This document shows positions 19,572 to 29,801 of a DNA stretch of 64,000 bases, piece by piece. The stretch covers positions 256,001 to 320,000 of the forward strand of contig CAVOVB010000003.1 of NCBI GenBank assembly GCA_963699755.1. Reading direction: 5' to 3'. The DNA comes from an uncultured delta proteobacterium. Lineage in GTDB: Bacteria > Myxococcota_A > Polyangia > Polyangiales > Houyiibacteriaceae. A program made the position numbers and the translations under genes. Each line of letters opens with the position of its first letter. Positions within the stretch are counted from its first letter, which is position 1. A model generated the notes under the pieces. That model had not been told where the DNA came from. It made no database searches and worked only from the letters and a program-made list of their open reading frames with translations.

Positions 19572-21682
19572 ACGAAAAGGTCGTGGAGCTCGCACACGCC
19601 GTCGAATCCCTCCTCGAAAAGCAGGGGTTTTCGCTCACGATGGGCGGAGAGCCCACCTTCATCCCTGGAGACCCCGACGCGCCGGAATGGAATCAAGAAG
19701 CGCTTGGGCCCGAGAAGCTCGGCTACGCCAGGCGACTCGCCTCCCGCTTGCTCGAAGAGCTCTATCGGGGGGGGCTGGTCATGCAGGTGTACGGGAAGCA
19801 GTACCCTGGCGAGCCGCTTCCGCGATGGGTCGTGCTGACCTTGCATCGCGATGACGGCGTTCCCTTCTGGAGTCATCCAGGAATTCTCCTCCTCGACGAT
19901 GCTTCCGCTTCCAACACCGCCGACGATGCGCGGCGCCTGATGGAAGCGATCGCCGAACGCTTAGGGCTAGGTCCGTGCGTGATGCCCTGCGTCGAGAAAG
20001 ACGCCCTCGCGTTTCCGCATGGTTGGGCGCTTCCGCTCGACCGCAGTGAGGCGGGCTGGGTCTCTGATGACTGGCCCTTCTCGGAAACCGAGCCGATCGT
20101 TGCGGTTCCCGGGAAAAGCCCGCTTGGCTTACGCTTGCCGCTGGGCGAGCTAGACGAGCATCATCTTCGTCGAGTGCTCACGCTGGAGGTCAACGATGGA
20201 GAGCTTCATCTCTTCATCCCGCCACTCCAATTCGAGGCGTTTGCCGCGCTGGTGCAGATCATCGAGCGCGTTGCGGTGACGGAGGGAACGAGCGGTCTCG
20301 TGATTTGCGGGTACGGGCCTACTCAGGCGCCAGCGGTCACGGCGCTCGGGCTTGCGGCGGATCCGGGCGTGCTCGAGGTGAACCTGCCGCCAACCCGTTC
20401 CTGGCAGGAATACGATCGAATCCTCCGGCGGATCACGAGGGCCGCTCGGCAGGAGGGGCTCTATCCCCACCGCTATCATCTGAACGGCCAGGTTCAGGGC
20501 ACCGGCGGTGGGGCACACCTGCTCTTCGGCGGCCCAAGTCTCGACGAGAATCCCTTCTTCCAGCGCCCGGACCTGCTCAGCAGCATCATCCGTTATTGGC
20601 AGAGGCACCCCGCGCTTTCGTATTTCTTCTCGGGCCAATACGTGGGCCCGGGCTCGCAGGCGCCTCGGGCCGACGAGACCGTGATGGGAAAGCTTTACGA
20701 GCTCGAGACCGCCTGCTTGGGCGTCGACTCATTGAAGGAGCCTCCCGATCGCGATTTCTTCGATCGCTTGTTTCGCAACTTGATGACCGACAGTGGTGGC
20801 AACACGCATCGCGCCGAGATCTGCCTCGACAAGCTTTGGAACGTCGACTCCCCCACCGGCCTCCAGGGCTTGATCGAGCTGCGCGCGTTCGAAACGATGC
20901 CGGATGTCGGCCAGCAGTCGCTCGCGGCGCTCTTCGTGCGTGCTATCCTGGCCATGCTTGCGGAGAACCCGTGCCAAGAGCCGCTCGTACGCAGAGGCGC
21001 GAGGCTTCATGACGCGTACATGCTCCCGAACCTGCTCCTGCAAGACCTGAGAGCGATCTGCGTGGACCTTGGTGTTGCCGGGCTCTGCTTTGATCCCGCT
21101 TGGTGGGAGCCGCTTCTCGACGAGCGTTTTCCCGTTCTCGGACGCATGCGGCTCGAAGGGGGCGAGGTGCTCGTCCGGCAAGCGCTCGAGCCTTGGCCGC
21201 TGATGGCTGAGATCGCCGATGGGGGCACCACTTCTCGAGTCGTGGACAACTCGACCGACCGCATCGAGATCTCCGTTGCGAACCCGGCTGCTCTTACGGA
21301 GCGCCGCATCCTCGTCAATGGGGTAGCATTGGCAATGCGCGAGGTGGACGGAATGCTCGTCGCGGGCGTGCGGTACAAATCAGCGATCGGTTGGCCTGCG
21401 TTCCATCCACACATCCCAGCGCAATCACCTCTGCAGATCGAAGTCGTCGATGGCGTGAAGCAGGTGCTTTGCTCGAGCCAATACTATTTCTGGAATCCAG
21501 ATGGTCCGCTCTACGACGGCCGGCCAGGCGATCTTGCTGAGGCGCGGGAACGTCAGAAGGCGAGATGGCGCCCGTCGAACGAGCATCTCGGGAAGACGCG
21601 CGTCCCCCGCGAGCCGATCTACGCTGCGGAGAACCATTACACGCTCGACCTTCGCCGACAGCTGGCCGAGCCTAGCGGCTAG
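19568..21682 (+). CDS. DUF2126-like putative amidoligase (COOH-NH2 ligase fold)
   Basis: LTMGGEPTF, YPGEPLPRW, DPGVLEVN, GTGGGAH, SQAPRADE, GNTHRAE, IELRAFE. TTG start overlaps the upstream TGA. Confidence 0.85.
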   Translation: MNEKVVELAHAVESLLEKQGFSLTMGGEPTFIPGDPDAPEWNQEALGPEKLGYARRLASRLLEELYRGGLVMQVYGKQYPGEPLPRWVVLTLHRDDGVPFWSHPGILLLDDASASNTADDARRLMEAIAERLGLGPCVMPCVEKDALAFPHGWALPLDRSEAGWVSDDWPFSETEPIVAVPGKSPLGLRLPLGELDEHHLRRVLTLEVNDGELHLFIPPLQFEAFAALVQIIERVAVTEGTSGLVICGYGPTQAPAVTALGLAADPGVLEVNLPPTRSWQEYDRILRRITRAARQEGLYPHRYHLNGQVQGTGGGAHLLFGGPSLDENPFFQRPDLLSSIIRYWQRHPALSYFFSGQYVGPGSQAPRADETVMGKLYELETACLGVDSLKEPPDRDFFDRLFRNLMTDSGGNTHRAEICLDKLWNVDSPTGLQGLIELRAFETMPDVGQQSLAALFVRAILAMLAENPCQEPLVRRGARLHDAYMLPNLLLQDLRAICVDLGVAGLCFDPAWWEPLLDERFPVLGRMRLEGGEVLVRQALEPWPLMAEIADGGTTSRVVDNSTDRIEISVANPAALTERRILVNGVALAMREVDGMLVAGVRYKSAIGWPAFHPHIPAQSPLQIEVVDGVKQVLCSSQYYFWNPDGPLYDGRPGDLAEARERQKARWRPSNEHLGKTRVPREPIYAAENHYTLDLRRQLAEPSG

Positions 21683-22434
21683 GCGTCGACCAATCGAACG
21701 GAGGGGGAGGGCAGAGGCAACTTTGGCAGCTGGATGAAAGCTGCCTTGAGGCTGTCCTGCCAGGCACGTCGGAGCTCGCGCAGGTAGTCGTCGTCCTCGC
21801 CAAAGGTCACCTGGCTCCCTGACCGCTGGGTACCGGCCGAATAGAGCAAGAGGTCGATCGGCGGTCCGACGCTCGCGTTGCTTCGCATGGTGGAGTCCAT
21901 CGAAACGAGGGCGCAACGGCCGGCGAGCTCGAGGCTGAGCTTGTGCTCGATAATGCGGTCGAGGATCGGCTTACCGTACTTGTCTTCGCCGATCTGGAGA
22001 AAAGGGGAGTGGCGGGAAACTGGGATGTAATTGCCTTCGGGGTAAATCAAGAGGATCGAATGCAATCCGCCTTGGATCTGCCCGCCCAAAATGAAGCTTG
22101 CCCCAGCGCGGAACTGTTCGTCTTTCACGCGCTTGCTGTGCTTCTGCTGTTCTTCGCGGCTGAGCTGGCCGATGTAGTCGGCCGCGTCGGTCAGGTGCTT
22201 CACCGTATTCAAGCTGAGCTTGGCCCCATCCTGGATGTCGTGCCGGAGGCGGGTCACCACTGCACGGCTCGTCGCAAGATTGCCGGCGCTGAGCAGAGTG
22301 AAGAACCGCGTCCCGTCGCCCCCAAAGGTGTGCATCTTTGCGTAGGTGCTGATGTGGTCGACGCCTGCGTTCGTGCGGGAGTCGGAGACGAAAACGAGCC
22401 CTTCATCGACTTTGACTGCGACACAATAGGTCAT
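21679..22434 (-). CDS. anbu: Anbu proteasome-type Ntn protease
   Basis: MTYCV (Thr1 nucleophile), SDSRTNAGVD, SAGNLATS, IYPEGN, QIGEDKYGKPILDR, SMDSTMRSNASVGPP. Confidence 0.92.
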   Translation of the reverse strand: MTYCVAVKVDEGLVFVSDSRTNAGVDHISTYAKMHTFGGDGTRFFTLLSAGNLATSRAVVTRLRHDIQDGAKLSLNTVKHLTDAADYIGQLSREEQQKHSKRVKDEQFRAGASFILGGQIQGGLHSILLIYPEGNYIPVSRHSPFLQIGEDKYGKPILDRIIEHKLSLELAGRCALVSMDSTMRSNASVGPPIDLLLYSAGTQRSGSQVTFGEDDDYLRELRRAWQDSLKAAFIQLPKLPLPSPSVRLVDA

Positions 22435-22524
22435 CTACGGGAAGCTACGGGAGCAGCGCCGCTGGGTCAACCGTTGCAGAATGCCTCCGAATGCCCGAAA
22501 GTAGCCGCCGGAGAACAAACGCAC

Positions 22525-23334
22525 ATGATTTTGGATCGCTTCAAAGTAGACGGCCGCGTAGCCGTAGTGACAGGCGCCGGTCGCGGTATCGGCCGTGGGG
22601 TTTCGATCGCTCTAGCCGAGGCGGGTGCCAATGTCGTGCTGGCGGCGCGGCGCGAGCATACCCTCCAAGAAGTCGCTGGGATCATCGAGCAGAACGGCGG
22701 ACGCGCTCTGGTGGTGCCGACCGACGTCCTGGTTCCCGAGCAGCTCGACCGGCTCGTCGAGCGCGCGCTCGCGGAGTTCGGCGGCGTGGATTTCTTGGTG
22801 AACAACGCTGGGGGCACGCTCCCTGGACCGGCATTGCAGTGCACCGATGCGGAGCTCGACAAGGCATTCCACTTCAACGTGACGACCGCGTTCCACATGT
22901 CCCGCGCCTTGGCGCCTTCGATGGCGGAGCGCGGCCACGGCGCCATCGTGAACATCACTTCTGGGCTTTCCCACTTGGTCGACCATGGTTTCGTGGCATA
23001 TGGCACCGCCAAAGCCGCGATGTCGCACATGACTCGTCTCCTCGCGCACGAGTGGGCGCCGCACGTTCGCGTCAACGCGATCGCGGTCGGTGCGACCCAA
23101 ACCGATGCGTTGGCAATGGTGACCGCCGACAAATCGCTTGCCGGGCAGATGATCGAGCTCACGCCCATGCGTCGACTCGGGACCGTCGAGGACATTGGCG
23201 CGGCTGCGCTGTACCTTCTTTCGGACGCCGGTAGCTGGGTGACCGGGAAGGTTCTCGAAGTCGATGGAGGGACGGTCGATTCCAACTGGCCGTTCGCCAT
23301 GCCCAGCGGGCTCCGCGGTCCCAAAGGCGCCTGA
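22525..23334 (+). CDS. Short-chain dehydrogenase/reductase
   Basis: TGAGRGIG, NNAG, YGTAK; GGAG RBS before ATG 22525. Confidence 0.9.
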   Translation: MILDRFKVDGRVAVVTGAGRGIGRGVSIALAEAGANVVLAARREHTLQEVAGIIEQNGGRALVVPTDVLVPEQLDRLVERALAEFGGVDFLVNNAGGTLPGPALQCTDAELDKAFHFNVTTAFHMSRALAPSMAERGHGAIVNITSGLSHLVDHGFVAYGTAKAAMSHMTRLLAHEWAPHVRVNAIAVGATQTDALAMVTADKSLAGQMIELTPMRRLGTVEDIGAAALYLLSDAGSWVTGKVLEVDGGTVDSNWPFAMPSGLRGPKGA

Positions 23335-23337
23335 GCC

Positions 23338-24396
23338 ATGAAGTCTGCCCGCATCGACGCGTTTTCCGACGACCCGAGCGCCGTCGAGGTTCGCGACGTT
23401 CCCGTGCCGAGACCGGGGCCAGGCCAGGTGCTCGTCCGCATGCGAATGGCGCCCATCAACCCCTCGGATTTCAACTACATGGATGGGATCTACGAACGCT
23501 CTTTTGCGCGCTTGATCTGGAACCGCGGGGTGGAGCGGCCGACCGATAGCCCAGGCTCTTCGGAGCCATTTCCGCGGCCGCCCTATGCGCTAGGCGTAGA
23601 AGGGGTCGGTCTCGTCGAAGAGTCCGGTGGTGGTTTGTTGGGCAGGCGCCTGGTCGGCAGACGCGTTGCGGTGGTCAGCGGGCCGCCCAACGGGACATGG
23701 CAAGAGCAGACGCTCATCGATACGCGCCGTGCGTTTCCAGTGCCGCGGTCGCTCAGCGATGCACAGGCCTGCTCTTTCTTCGTCAATCCACTGACCGCGC
23801 TCGTTCTGGTGCGACACGTGCTCAAGGTTCCGCGCGGCTCCGTGCTTCTGCAGACCGCGGCTGGGTCTGCGCTCTCGCAGATGATCCGGAACTTGGCGCG
23901 AGCCGACGGCTTTCGCGTGATCGACGTGGTGCGGAGCCGGGCCGGTGCGGAGCGCTTGAAGCAAGGGAACAGCAAGTATGTCATCGCCCTCGAAGACGAG
24001 GAGTTGCTCGAAGCCGTTCACCGCATCGCTCCTGCAGGCGTCGACTACGTTCTCGATTGCGTCGGCGGAGCGACCGGCTCTGAAGCGCTGCGAGCGCTGG
24101 CACCGCGCGGACGAATGGTTTGCTACGGGACGCTGAGCCGCGAACCGATCTCCCTGCCGCCGCGCGACATCATGATGCCGATGACTAGCGTCGAAGGGTT
24201 CTACTTGTCTGCGTATCTCGGCAGACGAACGCTCCTCCAGCGCCTGCGGCTGGTACGCAGCACCGCCAAGCTGATCGAAAGCGATGTGCTCGCCACCCCG
24301 GTCGAACAGACGTACCGGCTCGATGAGCTCCGGGCTGCGCTCGAGCACGCGCGGAGGCCCGGGCGAGCCGGTAAGATTCTCCTCGACCTCAGCTGA
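23338..24396 (+). CDS. Zn-independent medium-chain reductase (enoyl/quinone reductase-like)
   Basis: PINPSD, GVEGVG, VNPLTA, QTAAGS, GKILL; no Zn-ligand cysteines. Confidence 0.82.
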   Translation: MKSARIDAFSDDPSAVEVRDVPVPRPGPGQVLVRMRMAPINPSDFNYMDGIYERSFARLIWNRGVERPTDSPGSSEPFPRPPYALGVEGVGLVEESGGGLLGRRLVGRRVAVVSGPPNGTWQEQTLIDTRRAFPVPRSLSDAQACSFFVNPLTALVLVRHVLKVPRGSVLLQTAAGSALSQMIRNLARADGFRVIDVVRSRAGAERLKQGNSKYVIALEDEELLEAVHRIAPAGVDYVLDCVGGATGSEALRALAPRGRMVCYGTLSREPISLPPRDIMMPMTSVEGFYLSAYLGRRTLLQRLRLVRSTAKLIESDVLATPVEQTYRLDELRAALEHARRPGRAGKILLDLS

Positions 24397-24483
24397 GCCC
24401 CGAGTCCACTGGTTTCAGGCACTTAAGTGGAGTGAGACAAGGGTCAGCCAAGGGGGCGAGGAGGGACTTGCACGAGCGCGGCG

Positions 24484-24499
24484 AGGCGTGCAGTTTGCG
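24484..24499 (+). promoter_or_regulatory. Possible sigma54 (-24/-12) promoter of the USP gene
   Basis: AGGCGTGCAGTTTGCG, with GG and GC at the canonical spacing. Confidence 0.4.
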
Positions 24500-24508
24500 A
24501 CCCGAGAA

Positions 24509-24964
24509 ATGAAGCCACTCATCGTCGTTTGTACGGACTTCTCTCCGAGCTCCGACCTCGCGCTCGAGCGGGCCGCGGGCATCGCGGGACGCGATGGCGC
24601 TCGCGTCTTCATCATCCACATTTACGATCCCAAGAGCGTGAGGGGACCGGGCGCTCGTCCAGTCTTGGAAGGCGATCGCCAGGCATGGGACGAGGGTTCG
24701 ATGCAGCAACTCAAGGAAGCTCGCCATCACTTCTTCGGGGACCTCGCCGATACCGATGTGCAATACGATGCCATCCCGAGTGCCCATCCGTCGATTGAGA
24801 TTTGCAGAGTCGCAAAAGAGACGGGGGCGAGCCTCATCGTGCTGGGTTCGCATGGGCGAAAGGGAGTCCTGCGCCGCCTGCTCGGTAGCGTGGCCGAGGC
24901 TACGGTACGCCATGCACCTTGCAGCGTGTTCGTCGTTCGCGAGCCGGCGGAAGCTGCTGTGTAG
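24509..24964 (+). CDS. Universal stress protein
   Basis: IVVCTDFSPSS, IVLGSHGR, LLGSVAE, APCSVFVV. Confidence 0.92.
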   Translation: MKPLIVVCTDFSPSSDLALERAAGIAGRDGARVFIIHIYDPKSVRGPGARPVLEGDRQAWDEGSMQQLKEARHHFFGDLADTDVQYDAIPSAHPSIEICRVAKETGASLIVLGSHGRKGVLRRLLGSVAEATVRHAPCSVFVVREPAEAAV

Positions 24965-24999
24965 CAGGCCGGCGACGCGCGAGATACCCTTTGTCGCTC

Positions 25000-25263
25000 C
25001 TAGCCGAGCTTCGCCTTGATGTTGGCTAGGCGCTTCTTGATGTCGGTTCCGAGCGCCTTGAGCTCCTCGCCCACTTCCTCTGCTTTCTCGTCGAAACGCC
25101 GCTCGAAATCTGCGATGCGGGGCTGAAGATCGTCCCAGGCGTCTTTCGCGTCCATTCCGGCGAGATGGAGCTTCAGCTTGATCTCGTCGGCGGTCCGCCT
25201 GAGGTCGTCACGGGTCTCTTGCAAGTCTTGCTTCAGTGTCTTGTTCGCTTCATCCGCGGTCAT
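25000..25263 (-). CDS. Small helical/coiled-coil hypothetical protein
   Basis: Strong AAGGAG RBS; charged amphipathic 87 aa ([13 protein letters not shown]). Confidence 0.75.
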   Translation of the reverse strand: MTADEANKTLKQDLQETRDDLRRTADEIKLKLHLAGMDAKDAWDDLQPRIADFERRFDEKAEEVGEELKALGTDIKKRLANIKAKLG

Positions 25264-25302
25264 GGTGCTCTCCTTTTACGGGATTCGGGGTGATACCAGG
25301 AG

Positions 25303-25318
25303 TGCAGCGAACGTGCCA
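25303..25318 (-). promoter_or_regulatory. Sigma54 (-24/-12) promoter
   Basis: Minus strand TGGCACGTTCGCTGCA matches TGGCACG-N4-tTGCA, about 40 bp upstream of the small gene. Confidence 0.65.
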
Positions 25319-25468
25319 AAGGCCATCACTGGGATTTCTGCGGCGGATCGGTCCCCGGAGGCGCACATTCTTCGCCGCGGGCAGGGCGAAGCGCACGATT
25401 GGCGCGGCGCCTACACATTTTCGCTCGGTTTCCGTCCTGAACTGCAGGGCTCTGGCTTTGCGGCAACT

Positions 25469-25484
25469 TGGCGCGCCCGATGCA
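25469..25484 (+). promoter_or_regulatory. Possible sigma54 promoter of the ppsA operon
   Basis: TGGCGCGCCCGATGCA with canonical GG/GC spacing. Confidence 0.5.
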
Positions 25485-25498
25485 TGTACCTTCGCGAC

Positions 25499-27796
25499 AT
25501 GGTAGCAGAGACGTCAGAGTTCGTTCGGGGGTTCGAGACCCTCCGCCGCACCGACACCCCGGTTGCCGGGGGCAAGGGAGCTAATCTCGGCGAGCTGACG
25601 GCCGCGGGTTTGCCGGTGCCCCGGGGCTTCGTGATCACGGGCCAGGCGTACTTGCACGCCCTGGACGTGGCGGGATGCCGGAAGCGCTTGCTCGAGGTCG
25701 TCGGGAAGATCGACCTCGATGACTCGAGCGCACTCAAGCTCGCCTCCGACGAGCTGCAGGCCACGGTGCGGCGCGCGGGTGTTCCGGACGACGTTCGGGC
25801 TGACGTCCTCGAAGCGTTCGAGCGCCTTGGGAAAGGGGCGCGGGTCGCGGTCCGTTCATCGGCAACCGCGGAGGACACCGCGGAAGCATCCTTCGCGGGA
25901 ATGAACGAGACGTTCACCAACGTCGTCGGAGAAACCCTGATCCAACGAATCCTCGATTGCTGGGCTTCGCTCTGGAGCTCGCGTGTCATGGCGTACAGGC
26001 ACAGCCTGGGACTGATCGAAGAGCCGACCATCGCCGTCGTCGTCCAACAGATGGTGGATTCGGAAGCTTCGGGAGTCATGTTCACGGTCGACCCAATCTC
26101 ACAGGACCGTGAACGGATGCTCGTCGAAGGTGCATACGGGCTCGGGCAGGTCGTGGTCGGGGGACAGGTCGAACCCGACACCTATTTTGTGGGCCGGCCG
26201 CGCGACCCCGCGAAGGGCGGCGCCCAAGTCCTCAACGCGCGAGTCGGCTCGAAGGCGCACAAGGTCGTCCGACGAGCGGACGGCTCGGAGGCGAAGCTCG
26301 AAGTTCCCAAAGAGCAGCGCGCGATGCGGGTTCTCGACGATGCACAGGTGCTCGAAATCGCCAACCTCGGGCTTCGAATCGAGCAGCACTACGGGAGCCC
26401 GCAGGACGTCGAATGGGCGCTCCAGGACGGCAAGATTTATATCGTTCAGTCCCGACCGATCACGACCCTCATAGCGCCGCCGGGGACCCCGCTCCTGACA
26501 GGGCTTGGCGCCTCTCCGGGCCGTGTTGCCGGCAAAGTGCGCGTGATGCGCGAGCTCCAGGCGGACGCGAAGATCAGCAAGGACGAGATTCTCGTCGCAG
26601 AAATGACCAGCCCCGACTGGGTGCCGGTCATGCGTCATGCCGGCGCGCTCGTCACCGATGAGGGAGGAATGACCTGCCATGCGGCGATTGTGAGCCGGGA
26701 GCTTCGCATCCCCTGTATCGTCGGTACCGGCAACGCGACGCGCCTTCTCAAGAGCTCGCAACTGGTGACCGTGGACGGGACGCGGGGCGAGATCGTCTCG
26801 GGCGACGCGACCAACGGGCCGTCGGTGGCAGCGTCATCCCTTGCACGACCCGCCGCGGTGGCCTCACCCGAAACGACAATGGAGCCCCTCGCGACCCGCC
26901 TGTACGTCAATCTCGCGATCGCTGACGCCGCCGAAGAAGCTGCTGCATTGCCGGTCGATGGCGTGGGCCTGCTTCGCGCGGAGTTCATGATCACCGATGC
27001 GCTCGGCGGCGTGCACCCCAAAGCCCTGATCGCCGAGGGCGGCTCGGACGACTTCGTCAACAAGATGACTGAATCGCTCCTGCGAATTGCACGACCCTTC
27101 TTCCCACGGCCCGTGATCTATCGGACCTACGATTTTCGTACCAACGAGTTCAGCGGTTTGCGGGGGGCCGCGGACTACGAGCCGCACGAGGAGAACCCGA
27201 TGATCGGGTACCGGGGATGCTTCCGCTACGTGAAGGACCCGGAGCTCTTCGATCTGGAGCTCGAAGTGCTAGCGCGCGTTCGCGAGGCGTCGGAAAACGT
27301 GAACATCATGATCCCCTTCGTGCGAACCAAGTGGGAGCTCGAGGCCTGTCTGGAGCGGATCGACAAGCACCGACTTGGGAGCGATCCGAAACTGCTCCGC
27401 TGGGTGATGGCCGAGGTGCCGTCAATCGTATATCGCATTCCAGATTACGCGAAGTTGGGCATCGACGGCGTTTCGATCGGCTCGAACGACTTGACGCAGC
27501 TCATGCTCGGGGTCGACCGGGACTCGGCGATTTGCTCCGAGCTCTTCGACGAGGCCGACGATGCGGTACTCTGGGCCATCGAGCGTATCGTGCACACAGC
27601 CGAAGACTGCGGACTCACGTCCTCGCTTTGCGGGCAGGCGCCGTCGAACCGGCCCGAGTTCGCCGAGAAGCTCGTTCGTTTTGGCATCACGTCCATTTCG
27701 GTGAACCCCGACGCGGTGCCACGGACCCGACAGGTGATCGCATCAGCGGAGCGGCGAATACTGATCGATGCCGTGCGCCAGGGAGGAATGTCATGA
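25499..27796 (+). CDS. ppsA: Phosphoenolpyruvate synthase
   Basis: [23 protein letters not shown], phospho-His [29 protein letters not shown]. Confidence 0.93.
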   Translation: MVAETSEFVRGFETLRRTDTPVAGGKGANLGELTAAGLPVPRGFVITGQAYLHALDVAGCRKRLLEVVGKIDLDDSSALKLASDELQATVRRAGVPDDVRADVLEAFERLGKGARVAVRSSATAEDTAEASFAGMNETFTNVVGETLIQRILDCWASLWSSRVMAYRHSLGLIEEPTIAVVVQQMVDSEASGVMFTVDPISQDRERMLVEGAYGLGQVVVGGQVEPDTYFVGRPRDPAKGGAQVLNARVGSKAHKVVRRADGSEAKLEVPKEQRAMRVLDDAQVLEIANLGLRIEQHYGSPQDVEWALQDGKIYIVQSRPITTLIAPPGTPLLTGLGASPGRVAGKVRVMRELQADAKISKDEILVAEMTSPDWVPVMRHAGALVTDEGGMTCHAAIVSRELRIPCIVGTGNATRLLKSSQLVTVDGTRGEIVSGDATNGPSVAASSLARPAAVASPETTMEPLATRLYVNLAIADAAEEAAALPVDGVGLLRAEFMITDALGGVHPKALIAEGGSDDFVNKMTESLLRIARPFFPRPVIYRTYDFRTNEFSGLRGAADYEPHEENPMIGYRGCFRYVKDPELFDLELEVLARVREASENVNIMIPFVRTKWELEACLERIDKHRLGSDPKLLRWVMAEVPSIVYRIPDYAKLGIDGVSIGSNDLTQLMLGVDRDSAICSELFDEADDAVLWAIERIVHTAEDCGLTSSLCGQAPSNRPEFAEKLVRFGITSISVNPDAVPRTRQVIASAERRILIDAVRQGGMS

Positions 27797-28038
27797 CGGA
27801 TTCAAATGATCTGGAAGCACTATACGCCAGGTTTGCCCGGATCTATGCAGATGGGAAACCCATTCGCGGGGCCTTCGAGCTAGTCGCGGCCATCCATGCG
27901 GCAGGTCTCAAAGTGGAGACCGTCACCGAAGACTGGCTCAAAGCTCTGAACGAGGACTGGGTCTATGGTGAGTCGCTTCTGCCGTTTCAGGACGCCGCCG
28001 CCAATCGTCTCTATCAGCGATTCCTGATCGGAGGCTGA
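27793..28038 (+). CDS. Small hypothetical protein (81 aa)
   Basis: ATGA overlap with the ppsA stop, GGAGG RBS, and it fills the gap to acsA. Confidence 0.65.
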   Translation: MTDSNDLEALYARFARIYADGKPIRGAFELVAAIHAAGLKVETVTEDWLKALNEDWVYGESLLPFQDAAANRLYQRFLIGG

Positions 28039-28043
28039 GCAAA

Positions 28044-29801
28044 GTGCGACTAGAGAAGCAACTTGGGTACATGAGCCCGCCTCCGAATCTGACCGACTAC
28101 GATGCGGAGCGAGCGTCGTTCTCGTGGGAAGCGGCGCGTCGTGAGCTCGACGGTTTGCCGGGAAACCGGGGGCTCAACATCGCATACGAGGCGGTCGGCC
28201 GGCACGTCGCGAACCGACACGGCGATCAGATGGCGATGATCTGGCTCGGCAAGAAGGGAGAACGTCAAGCGCTGAGCTACCGGGATCTCGATTCGCGCAG
28301 CAATCAGTTTGCCAACGTCCTGACCGCGCTTGGCGTCGAAGCCGGCGACCGGGTGTACTCGCTCGCCGGGCGCATCCCTGAGCTCTATCTCTGCGCGCTC
28401 GGGACCTTGAAGCACCAGGCGGTATTCTGTCCCCTATTCTCCGCGTTCGGTCCGGAGCCTATCGCCCAGCGCCTCGAGTTGGGTGAGGCGCGCGTGCTCT
28501 TCACGACCGAGCGGCTCTACAAGCGCCGAATCGAGCCGATTCGAGGCCGGATTCCGTCACTCGAGCACGTGATCGTCGTCGCGGATCCGGAGAAGCCCAA
28601 CAATCCCGAGGGCACGGTGGATTGGTTCGAAGCGATGGCCATCGCCTCGGTCGAGTACGAGATCGCGGACACCGACCCGGAAACCCCGGCGCTGCTTCAT
28701 TTCACCAGCGGGACGACCGGAACACCCAAGGGCGCATACCACGTTCACGAGGCGGTGCTCACGCACTACGTCACCGGCAAGCTCGCGCTCGATCTGCACC
28801 CGGGCGACATCTACTGGTGCACGGCCGACCCCGGCTGGGTGACCGGGACCTCGTACGGCATCAGCGCGCCTCTCAGCAATCGCGTTACGATGATCATCGA
28901 TGAAGCCGAATTCGACCCCCAGCGTTGGTACCAGATTCTCGAGGAAGAGAAGGTGCAGGTCTGGTACACTGCGCCCACCGCCATTCGAATGCTGATGAAG
29001 AGCGGGCCGGAGCTGCCTCGGAGCAAGGACCTTTCAGCGCTTCGTTTCATGGCAAGCGTCGGCGAGCCTCTGAATCCGCAGGCGGTGGTCTGGGGTCGGG
29101 AAGTCTTCGGCAAGCCGTTTCACGACAATTGGTGGCAGACCGAAACCGGTGGAATCATGATTTCGAACTACGCGTCGATGGACGTGAAGCCGGGGTCGAT
29201 GGGCCGACCGATACCTGGCGTCACAGCGGGGATTGTCCGAGAAGGGAAGGACGGGCATCTGCACGAGGTGAACGACCCGGACAAAGACGGCGAGCTCGCC
29301 TTGCGTCCGGATTGGCCTTCGGTTTTTCGCGGATACTGGAACAACAAGGAGCGCTACGACGCTTGTTTCCGCGATGGCTGGTATCTTTCCGGTGACCTCG
29401 CGCGTCGTGATGAAGAGGGATACTACTGGTTCGTCGGGCGCGCAGACGACGTCATCAAGTCGGCCGGGCACCTCATCGGCCCGTTCGAGGTGGAGAGCGT
29501 GATCATGAAGCATCCAGCCGTTGCCGAAGTCGGTGTCATCGGCAAGCCCGATCCAGTCGCTGGGACGATCATCAAGGCCTTCGTGAGCTTGCAGCCGGGT
29601 CACGGATGGACGGAAGAGCTCCAGCGTGAGCTGATCGGGTTCGGGCGCAAGAACCTCGGGACGGCGGCGCCAAGAGAGATCGACTTCATCGAATCGCTTC
29701 CGAAGACGCGAAGCGGAAAGATCATGCGACGCCTGCTCAAGGCCCGGGAGCTCGGCTTGCCCGAAGGGGATACGTCGACCCTGGAAGGAGGAGAGAGTTG
29801 A
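28044..29801 (+). CDS. acsA: Acetate--CoA ligase
   Basis: [42 protein letters not shown]. Confidence 0.92.
   Translation: MRLEKQLGYMSPPPNLTDYDAERASFSWEAARRELDGLPGNRGLNIAYEAVGRHVANRHGDQMAMIWLGKKGERQALSYRDLDSRSNQFANVLTALGVEAGDRVYSLAGRIPELYLCALGTLKHQAVFCPLFSAFGPEPIAQRLELGEARVLFTTERLYKRRIEPIRGRIPSLEHVIVVADPEKPNNPEGTVDWFEAMAIASVEYEIADTDPETPALLHFTSGTTGTPKGAYHVHEAVLTHYVTGKLALDLHPGDIYWCTADPGWVTGTSYGISAPLSNRVTMIIDEAEFDPQRWYQILEEEKVQVWYTAPTAIRMLMKSGPELPRSKDLSALRFMASVGEPLNPQAVVWGREVFGKPFHDNWWQTETGGIMISNYASMDVKPGSMGRPIPGVTAGIVREGKDGHLHEVNDPDKDGELALRPDWPSVFRGYWNNKERYDACFRDGWYLSGDLARRDEEGYYWFVGRADDVIKSAGHLIGPFEVESVIMKHPAVAEVGVIGKPDPVAGTIIKAFVSLQPGHGWTEELQRELIGFGRKNLGTAAPREIDFIESLPKTRSGKIMRRLLKARELGLPEGDTSTLEGGES

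Noticed and set aside
22435..22452. CTACGGGA direct repeat between anbu and the SDR gene as an operator
   Set aside because: Only two 8-mers, overlapping the putative -10 box; too little evidence.
21943..22524. Long N-terminal extensions on ORF-track calls (SDR here; also ppsA, thiD, guaB, DUF2126, alpha-E)
   Set aside because: They overlap neighbouring real genes or regulatory DNA and lack family motifs; downstream starts with an RBS or stop/start overlap fit better.
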